Source: Candidatus Wolfebacteria bacterium (GTDB taxonomy: Bacteria; Patescibacteriota; Minisyncoccia; UBA6257; JAGOQP01). Taken from it: a DNA stretch of 32,767 nt. The position numbers and the translations under genes were made by a program. The stretch covers positions 1 to 32,767 of the forward strand of contig DAIEKJ010000003.1 of assembly GCA_027350645.1 (NCBI GenBank). The letters are read 5' to 3'. Under the pieces are notes generated by a model, which saw nothing but the letters and a program-made list of their open reading frames with translations, was not told the DNA's origin and made no database searches. Position 1 is the stretch's first letter; the number at the start of each line of letters is the position of its first letter. This document shows positions 25,226 to 32,767 of this stretch, piece after piece.

Positions 25226-28192
25226 CTAGAGCGAACCTAATTTCTGTATCTGATCCAAAATGCCTTTAATCGATTGGAGCACCGACGCCATCAGAACGGA
25301 TTGATCACCCGACGCGCCGCCGTTCTGCACACTCACCCCGCCGATGAACTTCGTAGGCGGAGGCGTTATCGTCGACGGATTAATCGTTATGTTGTACTGA
25401 TTTTGCGTTGAACCGCCATAGGTTGAGGAAACACGCAGTGTGAACGTATAGCTCCCCGCGGTCGTCGGCAGTCCGGCAATCGTCGTTTGCGATCCGGTAC
25501 CGCCCGTCAAGGAAAGCCCCGAAGGGAGCGTTCCGGTGGCGATATTCCATTGATAGGTTCCTTCCGGTTCATTGGCCGCCAGAAACGTTGCGCTGTACGG
25601 CTGTCCCACGGTTCCCGGTTGCTGCCAGTTGGGCGGCGTTACCAGAACAACCGAAGCGGCAAACCCGGTCCCGTTGCTCGTCCCCGGAGACACATACAAC
25701 ACAAAGCTCTGTGACGCCGTCTGGCCGCCGGAGGTGACTTTTACCGTAAAAGGATACTCATGCCCCGTGGCAAGCGCGGCTGGCGTTCCGCTGATAGTCG
25801 CCGACGATACGGTGCCGCCATTAAACGACAACCCCGATCCGGCAGGAAAGTTTGACTGTCCAAAATTTGATTGGTCGCTACTTACGAATGTCCACGCATA
25901 CGGGGCCGATCCTCCCGTCGAAGTAATTATTGTAGTATACGGCTGATTGACGGTTGCGGTGGGAAGATAGGCGGATGTGGCTATGGCCAGCGTCCCCGTC
26001 GGATTAGAAGTTGAGTTTATCGGAATAATGGGCGTGATGGGAATTATCGGAGTTGGAATAACGGAAGGCGGAATCTGGGTGTTGACTATTGCAAATTGCC
26101 CCGACTCTCCGTACGTCACGCCATCACTTGCATACGCGCGGATGGTATAGTTGTTTCCGGACAAGACAGCGCTTGGAATCGTCCAGGAATACCATGGCGC
26201 GTCCTGCGTAAAGGTCACGATTGTTTGCGCAAACACACCTCCTTTATACAACCTCAAGCTCCATACATTCTGATTGGCATTCCACGTGATTTGGTGTGTT
26301 GAACCAGCCACCCATGTGTTTCCCGCGACCGGAGAGGTGACGGTAATGGAAGCGGGTGCAGAACTTATCGTAAAGTAGCCATCACTGACGTCTTTTGCTT
26401 GCTCGTCGTTTGTTGCCGGCTCTCCCGCATAGAGCGCGATTTTATATTGTCCGGGAGATAGTGTATTGCCACTTGAACACAATTGACCATTGTTCACCAC
26501 CACTGTCATATTTGTGGCCACAGGATTCATTTTGCCCAAATAACAACCCGGACCATTAGCTGGGAAAAGATAGACAAAAACATCTTTCGTAATCCCTTGC
26601 TCGGCCCATGTGATAGTCTGGGGCTGTCCAAAAGCCCACACCTCTCCCCCATTGGGGGAAAGAACAGTAATCGACGGATTTCCCTGCTGTGCCGGAAAGA
26701 TTGACAGACCATATTGTCCCATGGCTGTGTTTCCACTACTGTCGCTTACCTGCAAAGTAAAGTTATATCTACCAGCAACAGTCGGCGTGCCAGACAAAGA
26801 TGATTGAATAAAGATCATGGAACAAATCGTCCCCGTGCAAGGTGCATTATTCCGAATTGATACTCCCGGAGGAAGTGCCCCGCTCACCACACTCCATTGG
26901 TAATTCCCCGATCCACCCGTTGCCTGGAGAAAGGCGTTGTACAGCTGTCCAACCGTGCCACTCGGCAACGGTTGATTAACTATCGTAAGATTTCCCGACG
27001 GCGTTGATGAGGCGATGACGATAGAGAACGCTTGCTGCGCATTGTTTGTGCCGTCGCTTACCTGCGCGGTAAAGGTATATGTGCCGACAGTAGTCGGCGT
27101 ACCCTGCAAAATCAACGGCTGAGAACATGGCGCCCTAAAGCACTGAATCTGATGCTGGCTTTGGGTAATACCGTCCGGTAATGAACCACTTGTAATGCTC
27201 CAGGTGTAGTTCCCCGTGCCGCCGGTGGCGGTAATGTTTGCGCTATACGGCGTTCCCACCGTGCCGTTGGGCAATGAATCAGTTTGAATAGAGAGGGTTG
27301 ATGTTGAGATCGGTGGGGTTGAGGAAGAAGCGATCGTAAAGGTGCCACTGACTCCATTCAAGTTCGTTCCATCAAGCAAGATGGTGATTGCCTGACTACC
27401 GATGTTGGCGGCAGGAAGTGTTGAGGGAATGGTCCACGTGTAAGAGCCGGAGTTAGGAATACTTTGCGCAATCGTGTAGGGCTGGTTACGAATTGCAATC
27501 AGACATGCCGGCGTTGAGTAGACGCATCCGGGAATCGGTGCGTTGGTCACAATGGTGACGGTATTGGAATAACCGGCAGTACTGGTATTTGCCGACCAGG
27601 TGATGGTATGCGTTTCTCCAACGGTCCACACTTGGCCAACTGACGGGGAGGTAATGGTGATCGGCGAGGAGGGAGAATAGATAGGAACTGAAGGAGTTGA
27701 GGTGGGAACAATCGGCGTGGGAATAGAAGGCGTTGATACTGCGCACGAAGAAACCAACGTGGGGATCAGAGTGTTAAGAGCATCAGCTGTCGCCTGGTCA
27801 ACGGACCCGGTTACAGGAATATTATTTTTTGTTTGAAAGTTTTTGACTGCTTCAGCGGTAAGCTTTCCGTAGAAGCCGGTTATAAAACCTTCCCGATAGC
27901 TCCCTTCTTTTTTGAGAACATTTTGCAGAAGAGACACCATCGGACCCTGGGATCCGATATGAAGAGGCGGAACGATAGTACAGGTCGCCAAAGAAGGCGT
28001 CCCTCCCCCATTCCCCGACTGTTGACTGTTTAACTGGCTCTGCAGTTGCTGAATCTGCGCCTGCAGTTGGGCAATCATATTAGCAATAACCGAGGGACTT
28101 GAGGCGGCCATAACGGGAACCGCACCAGATCCGATAAAGACCGCCGCGCATAAGATCAGCGCGACCATACTCCCAACAAGATACTTTCGCAT
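25226..28192 (-). CDS. Large secreted surface protein A: signal peptide, Gln-rich coil, PG-binding domain, three Ser/Thr-rich Ig-like domains, four putative Ig (He_PIG-like) repeats
   Basis: MRKYLVGS... signal; GSQGPMVSLLQ...TGFYGKLTAEAVKNFQ; three ITxxSPxxGxxW...ITW motifs; repeated LPxG...GTP motifs. Confidence 0.85.
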   Translation of the reverse strand: MRKYLVGSMVALILCAAVFIGSGAVPVMAASSPSVIANMIAQLQAQIQQLQSQLNSQQSGNGGGTPSLATCTIVPPLHIGSQGPMVSLLQNVLKKEGSYREGFITGFYGKLTAEAVKNFQTKNNIPVTGSVDQATADALNTLIPTLVSSCAVSTPSIPTPIVPTSTPSVPIYSPSSPITITSPSVGQVWTVGETHTITWSANTSTAGYSNTVTIVTNAPIPGCVYSTPACLIAIRNQPYTIAQSIPNSGSYTWTIPSTLPAANIGSQAITILLDGTNLNGVSGTFTIASSSTPPISTSTLSIQTDSLPNGTVGTPYSANITATGGTGNYTWSITSGSLPDGITQSQHQIQCFRAPCSQPLILQGTPTTVGTYTFTAQVSDGTNNAQQAFSIVIASSTPSGNLTIVNQPLPSGTVGQLYNAFLQATGGSGNYQWSVVSGALPPGVSIRNNAPCTGTICSMIFIQSSLSGTPTVAGRYNFTLQVSDSSGNTAMGQYGLSIFPAQQGNPSITVLSPNGGEVWAFGQPQTITWAEQGITKDVFVYLFPANGPGCYLGKMNPVATNMTVVVNNGQLCSSGNTLSPGQYKIALYAGEPATNDEQAKDVSDGYFTISSAPASITVTSPVAGNTWVAGSTHQITWNANQNVWSLRLYKGGVFAQTIVTFTQDAPWYSWTIPSAVLSGNNYTIRAYASDGVTYGESGQFAIVNTQIPPSVIPTPIIPITPIIPINSTSNPTGTLAIATSAYLPTATVNQPYTTIITSTGGSAPYAWTFVSSDQSNFGQSNFPAGSGLSFNGGTVSSATISGTPAALATGHEYPFTVKVTSGGQTASQSFVLYVSPGTSNGTGFAASVVLVTPPNWQQPGTVGQPYSATFLAANEPEGTYQWNIATGTLPSGLSLTGGTGSQTTIAGLPTTAGSYTFTLRVSSTYGGSTQNQYNITINPSTITPPPTKFIGGVSVQNGGASGDQSVLMASVLQSIKGILDQIQKLGSL
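28001..28078. repeat. 78-nt direct repeat, copy 1 (copy 2 at 31241-31318)
   Basis: 76/78 identical; both encode MIAQLQAQIQQLQSQLNSQQSGNGGG. Confidence 0.95.
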
Positions 28193-28290
28193 AATAGACG
28201 AGATAGTTTTACTTAGTAATAAATGCTCTATGCGCCCAAGTGTACCACAAAATGAAAACAAATAAAAACAAGCGGAGTGGATATCGTAAA

Positions 28291-28326
28291 CAAAACGCCT
28301 CCTGGGATATCCCATGAGGCGTTTTG
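28291..28326 (-). terminator. Terminator after surface protein B
   Basis: caaaacgcctc...gaggcgttttg with inner tggga/tccca; T-rich on the minus side. Confidence 0.75.
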
Positions 28327-28366
28327 GCTTTGGTGCCGTCTCCAAAAACAATATCCTGTTCTAGTT

Positions 28367-31300
28367 CTAGTGCAGAAGCGACGTCAGAAGATCTTTGGCT
28401 GCCTGAAGAATGTTTGCCATCTGGGTAAGCTGATTCTGCTGGGCAACAGACTGATCACCGGCATTAAACGACACTCCGCCGCCAGCCGGATTAACAATCA
28501 GGGTAAAATATTTGCTTCCTCTTGCGCTTTGACCGGACGTACCGCTAATAACACTGACGGTGAATGAATATGTTCCAGCCTGTGTCGGCGTTCCCGACAG
28601 CGTCACCGATTGTCCAGATTCTCCACCCACAACCGCAAGCCCTGGAATATAGGGCTGAGTTGCATCATTCGCACTATGAATACCGTCGGATAAATTCCAT
28701 AGTTTATAGTACCCGGGATATGTATTGGTCTGAAACGTAACCGAATAAGGAACTCCAACCGTTGCGGCAGAGAGATTACTTGGATTGGAGATCACCACTG
28801 ATCCGCCCGAGGAAGAGCTTGATCCGACGACGATGTTAAATGTCTTCTGAGCATTCTGCGGCCAGGCGCCATTTACCGATTGAGTGTCGCTCACCTGAAT
28901 AGTCACCGGATATTTCCCTGCGGTACTCGGCGTTCCTGAAATTTGGAACGTCGGAATGTTGGTAGCAGGATCAACTACCATGTTTCCCGAAAGACCCGGC
29001 GGAAACGATCCGCTCACTAGCTGAAAGGTGTAATTACCCGATCCCCCGTTACCGGCAATGACGATGGACGCCGGCATTCCAAGGGTAACATCCTCTTCGG
29101 GTAAAGATCCAGCAGGAAGCATAAGCGACGGAGAAAAAACAAGACCAACCTTCGAATTATTCCCTGCCGTTTGGCCATTAGTAACGTTTATACTAAATGC
29201 CTTCTGCGCTGTCGCTCCCGCCGAATCGGTAACGCTCAGCGTAAACGGATAAACCCCCGGAGCCGTCAGGCTGGTCCCACAAATATACGCCCCGTTTGCA
29301 GCTCCCGAACCGCCGATGGAGGCCAAATTTCTTGTTGGACACTGATACCACTGTTGATACAACTGCGCACCGGGAGGCAACGCGCCATTTGTAACTTTCC
29401 ACGAATAATGACCTGCTCCTCCCGTTGCGGTAACCATGGCATAGTAATTACCACCTGGATTATTGGTTGTTGTTGGACCAGGCGTCGATCCGTTAGGAAG
29501 CGTCGACGAGACGATCTGCAATGAGCCACCCCCCTGAGAGTTGTTAAGCGTTATCGGTATGGTGGCACCCGCTATGCCGCCCATCTGCGTAAACGTTATA
29601 GTAAGAGTAACATCTCCTGTGTACGGATAGGTTGGCGCCGGATACACATCGGGAACTCCCGGCGTCCCAACGACATAAAGCTGGTTAGGATCTCCTGTTC
29701 CCGTACTTGGATTAATTCTTGAAACGCTCAATCCAGGAATGGTTACGTTACCTTGATAGGTAAAGTCTCCATTCGCATCACTAAGTTGTATCGTACCAAC
29801 ATAGGGAACCCCGACCGTTGCTAACGGAAGTGAGTTCGTCACCACAGAAAGACCGGTGCCGCAATCGGTCCCTGGTCCACCAGATCCCCACACCGCAGAC
29901 GATTGGATGGTGATGGTATAATTTATTACAGCATGAGTTGCGGAATCGGTGATAGCGAAAGAATAGGTACCCGCCTGAGTGGGAACGCCCGAAATAACGT
30001 ATCCCCATGAACTGCAGACCGTTTGATTGTAATAACCAACGTTTGCGCAATATTGAGACGTCGCGTTTGATTGCACCAAACGAAGTCCGGGGGGTAATGT
30101 ACCGCTCGTGACTGACCATGTTTCGGTCTTAGGAAGACCCATGACCATAAAACCGCTATTCCAAGCATCACAAACATTACTAGGGCGATATATGCTTCCG
30201 ATTTGTTGGTTGGAGGAAGTAACCCACAAAGACATTGTCATGGTATCGCTGTTCGAACCATCACCAACCTGCACTTTGAAAGTTGCCGGTCCCACAGCCG
30301 CTTTTGTCGGAATGCCCGAGATAATGCCCTGCGGACTTAATGTTAGGCCGTCGGGCAACGATCCACTCGCCAGACTCCATGTATAATTTCCGCTACCACC
30401 AATTGCGTGGAGCGCGATGGAAACATTACTGTTTTGCACAAGAGGATTACTTCCGCCAAAGCCATACCCCGATGGCCTGACAATCGTTACCACCGCCGGC
30501 GTGCTGGTAGAATCCATCTTGAGAGCGATCGTGCCGCTAGCAACCGAAACACCGTCGCTGACCTGAGCGCTAAAGCTAAGATCTATAGCCGACGAAGAAG
30601 TCGAAAGCCCAGCTCCCGGCGTTGATCCAGAAAGAACCCCTTGAAGACTCAGGGTCAAACCGCTCATCGGGCCAAGACTGTTGTTTACAACACTCCAAGT
30701 ATAGTTTCCCGTTCCGCCCACTGCCCCAAGCGTCGCGGAGTACGGCGTCCGCCACTGCACATCCGGAAGACTCGTAGTTATAATCGCCAAGGGAGCGCTC
30801 CCCGTTGCGGATGCCTCGTTCGAAAATGACGTCATCGCCACAGAAAGCGCTGACGAAGCATTAGAAAGGTTGTTTGTTCCTGTCCCCTGAGGGATAAGCG
30901 AATTGGACGAAACGGGAACATTTGACGACGTCTGAGGCTGAGCTTGACCAGACGACATCACACTTGGCAAGCGTCTATTGTTTCTTTTCATCTCTGCGCG
31001 AGTCATGGCGCCAACATATCCGCTAGCAGGGGTGATATTGTTTTGTTTTTGAAAAGCAATAACAGCTTGCTTGGTTAGTGAGCCAAAATACCCCGTCACC
31101 GGACCAGTATACACTCCGACATTTGAAAGAAACTGCTGTAAATTCGTCACCCCGCTGCCCTTGCTACCCACTGAAAGATTGGTCGGAAGGTCAACCCCAG
31201 AAATTCCTTGTCCGGAAATAGATCCTGGAGCAGATGCGCTCCCTCCCCCATTCCCCGACTGTTGACTGTTTAACTGACTCTGCAGTTGCTGAATTTGCGC

Positions 31301-31444
31301 CTGCAGTTGGGCAATCATCGCTTGAATTGTGGCCGGATCCACAACGACTTGCGCATGAATGATGCCGGGAGCAAATAGACCGCCGAGAATAATAAGCGCA
31401 ACGGCAAACCCAACGAGATGTTTTTTCATAGAGAAGTACTTCAT
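28367..31444 (-). CDS. Large secreted surface protein B: signal peptide, Gln-rich coil, PG-binding domain, about seven putative Ig (He_PIG-like) repeats
   Basis: MKKHLVGFAVALIIL...IHA signal; GSKGSGVTNLQQFL...TGYFGSLTKQAVIAFQ; repeated GGxGNYTW...LPxG...SGTP. Start at 31444 or 31429; TTGCAC-18-TATACT upstream. Confidence 0.85.
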   Translation of the reverse strand: MKYFSMKKHLVGFAVALIILGGLFAPGIIHAQVVVDPATIQAMIAQLQAQIQQLQSQLNSQQSGNGGGSASAPGSISGQGISGVDLPTNLSVGSKGSGVTNLQQFLSNVGVYTGPVTGYFGSLTKQAVIAFQKQNNITPASGYVGAMTRAEMKRNNRRLPSVMSSGQAQPQTSSNVPVSSNSLIPQGTGTNNLSNASSALSVAMTSFSNEASATGSAPLAIITTSLPDVQWRTPYSATLGAVGGTGNYTWSVVNNSLGPMSGLTLSLQGVLSGSTPGAGLSTSSSAIDLSFSAQVSDGVSVASGTIALKMDSTSTPAVVTIVRPSGYGFGGSNPLVQNSNVSIALHAIGGSGNYTWSLASGSLPDGLTLSPQGIISGIPTKAAVGPATFKVQVGDGSNSDTMTMSLWVTSSNQQIGSIYRPSNVCDAWNSGFMVMGLPKTETWSVTSGTLPPGLRLVQSNATSQYCANVGYYNQTVCSSWGYVISGVPTQAGTYSFAITDSATHAVINYTITIQSSAVWGSGGPGTDCGTGLSVVTNSLPLATVGVPYVGTIQLSDANGDFTYQGNVTIPGLSVSRINPSTGTGDPNQLYVVGTPGVPDVYPAPTYPYTGDVTLTITFTQMGGIAGATIPITLNNSQGGGSLQIVSSTLPNGSTPGPTTTNNPGGNYYAMVTATGGAGHYSWKVTNGALPPGAQLYQQWYQCPTRNLASIGGSGAANGAYICGTSLTAPGVYPFTLSVTDSAGATAQKAFSINVTNGQTAGNNSKVGLVFSPSLMLPAGSLPEEDVTLGMPASIVIAGNGGSGNYTFQLVSGSFPPGLSGNMVVDPATNIPTFQISGTPSTAGKYPVTIQVSDTQSVNGAWPQNAQKTFNIVVGSSSSSGGSVVISNPSNLSAATVGVPYSVTFQTNTYPGYYKLWNLSDGIHSANDATQPYIPGLAVVGGESGQSVTLSGTPTQAGTYSFTVSVISGTSGQSARGSKYFTLIVNPAGGGVSFNAGDQSVAQQNQLTQMANILQAAKDLLTSLLH
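31241..31318. repeat. 78-nt direct repeat, copy 2
   Basis: Differs from 28001-28078 only at 31277 and 31295. Confidence 0.95.
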
Positions 31445-31555
31445 ATTTACTTTCCCTATAGTATATAACAAAACCACGCAGGAGTGCAAAAGAATCTGTG
31501 CAAAAAACGAGCAGGCGCTTGTGTCAACCAAAATAAGGCCAGAAGCCAACCATCT

Positions 31556-31996
31556 CTAGGAGCGTCGGTCTATTTCATCCACCCGCCGCTGATGGCGGGA
31601 CGCTCCGTCAAATGGCGTCTTGAGAAACGCCTCTGCCATCGCGCGCGCCGCCGTCTCGTCAACAAAATCAGCCGCCAACGCCAAAACATTGATATTGTCG
31701 TCGCGGCGAGCCGCAGCCGCCTGCTCGGGTGTCTGGCATAATCCCGCTCGAACACCGTCCACTTTGTTTGCGGCAATAGCAACCCCCACACCCGAACCGC
31801 AAACGACGATTCCCAGCGCTCCGGATTCTTGCGCAACCGCATGCGCTACCGCATCAGCAAAAATCGGATAATCATCGTCTTTATCGTAAATCACATTCCC
31901 CTTATCGATAACTTCGTATTTTTGTTCATGCAAAAAATCGGCCAGTGCGTTCTTCAGTTCAAATCCCCGATGATCGGCCCCGATGTAAATGCGCAT
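31556..31996 (-). CDS. rpiB: Ribose-5-phosphate isomerase B
   Basis: GADHRG, DYP, CGSGVG, ANKVDGVR, RHQRR. Confidence 0.93.
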   Translation of the reverse strand: MRIYIGADHRGFELKNALADFLHEQKYEVIDKGNVIYDKDDDYPIFADAVAHAVAQESGALGIVVCGSGVGVAIAANKVDGVRAGLCQTPEQAAAARRDDNINVLALAADFVDETAARAMAEAFLKTPFDGASRHQRRVDEIDRRS

Positions 31997-32070
31997 ACCG
32001 TGAGTTTAAAATTAAAAAATAAAAATGTAAAATGGCGCCCCATCATTCGTTGTCGATTGTTCGTTGTTAG

Positions 32071-32598
32071 TTAAAACTCAAACCCCACCTGCGCTTTTTT
32101 CCCTTTGTTGTACGGATGCTTTATTTCTTTCATTTCCGTCACGAGATCCGCTCGGGCGACAAAACTTTTAGGCGCATTGCGTCCGGAAAGTATTACTATC
32201 TTTTTTTGCGGTTCATTTTTGATTATTTTTAAAACATCAGCGGCCGCAATCAGCTTGAGCGACACCGCCACATTGACCTCATCAAGCACGACTATGTCCC
32301 ATTTTTGAGACGCAATGGCGCGCGCCGCACGGGCAAGCGTTTTTTGCGCCGCGTCTTTGTGCGCCGATCGCGGGAGCGAGTCCCCCAAAATACCAACAAA
32401 CCCCTTCCCTCCGCGATGAATCTCAAGCACCCCCTTCAATTCCGGACGCGCGTCCAAAAATTTATGCTCTCCGGAAATCCACGGTCCTTTGATAAACTGA
32501 AACATGATTGCTTTTCTGCCCTGCTCCACCGCCCGCACCATCTGCCCCAGCGATGCGGTTGTTTTCCCCTTCCCATTTCCAGTAAAGACGACAATCAT
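32071..32598 (-). CDS. btuR: Cob(I)yrinic acid a,c-diamide adenosyltransferase (CobA/CobO/BtuR family)
   Basis: TGNGKGKTTASLG, QFIKG, VLDEVN, SGR, ADLVTEM..IKHPY..G...G.EF. Confidence 0.9.
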   Translation of the reverse strand: MIVVFTGNGKGKTTASLGQMVRAVEQGRKAIMFQFIKGPWISGEHKFLDARPELKGVLEIHRGGKGFVGILGDSLPRSAHKDAAQKTLARAARAIASQKWDIVVLDEVNVAVSLKLIAAADVLKIIKNEPQKKIVILSGRNAPKSFVARADLVTEMKEIKHPYNKGKKAQVGFEF

Positions 32599-32607
32599 GT
32601 AAAAAAA

Positions 32608-32767
32608 TTATTTTTCGGTTTCGCTGATGTTTGCGCGGTAGAGCCGAAACGCGTTGCCAATAGGAAGAAAATCGGTGATGAAATTATACGCCGCCGCCCC
32701 CATCGGCCCCACAACCCCGCCAAACACCAACGCCAACCCGAGCGCGTTGGTAATCCCCCATATCCAA
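32608..32767 (-). CDS. C-terminal fragment of a membrane protein, probably a heavy-metal P1B-type ATPase (cut by the window edge)
   Basis: [43 protein letters not shown]...*: two TM helices ending in an N-x-x-R-L motif like P1B ATPases. Confidence 0.6.
   Translation of the reverse strand, partial: WIWGITNALGLALVFGGVVGPMGAAAYNFITDFLPIGNAFRLYRANISETEK

Noticed and set aside
28001-31318. 78-nt repeat pair as a DGR template/variable repeat
   Set aside because: Only two silent differences, both copies lie in N-terminal coding regions, and no reverse transcriptase is present in the window.

Overview
Chromosomal segment of a Patescibacteria (CPR) bacterium, most likely Parcubacteria. The assignment is inferred from 16S features, the gene set, and TGA used as a stop (code 11). 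From left to right it holds: the AT-rich end of an accessory island with an RxxxxH (HEPN-like) ORF; FMN reductase, DoxX and HtrA; leuS; a minus-strand type IV pilus cluster (response regulator, major pilin, PilB, a four-helix-bundle pseudogene, PilC, two LamG-bearing minor pilins, a PilX-like pilin and a PilM/N-like protein); a stand-alone 16S rRNA gene with its own promoter, processing stem and terminator; rpmE and an N-terminally truncated prfA; a third pilin-LamG fusion; and a non-oxidative pentose-phosphate cluster (rpiB, rpe, split transketolase, PfkB kinase). Two ~1000-aa PG-binding/Ig-repeat surface proteins interrupt that cluster. A corrinoid adenosyltransferase and the end of a probable P1B ATPase close the window. 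The most notable observations are the paired surface proteins (near-identical 78-nt cassette, variable Cys-pair loops at one fixed Ig position), three LamG-carrying pilins, a 16S with a degenerate anti-Shine-Dalgarno and an extended helix 40, a candidate structured RNA or small protein after leuS, and short repeats inside leuS and several leaders. All calls come from motif reading only; no searches were run.
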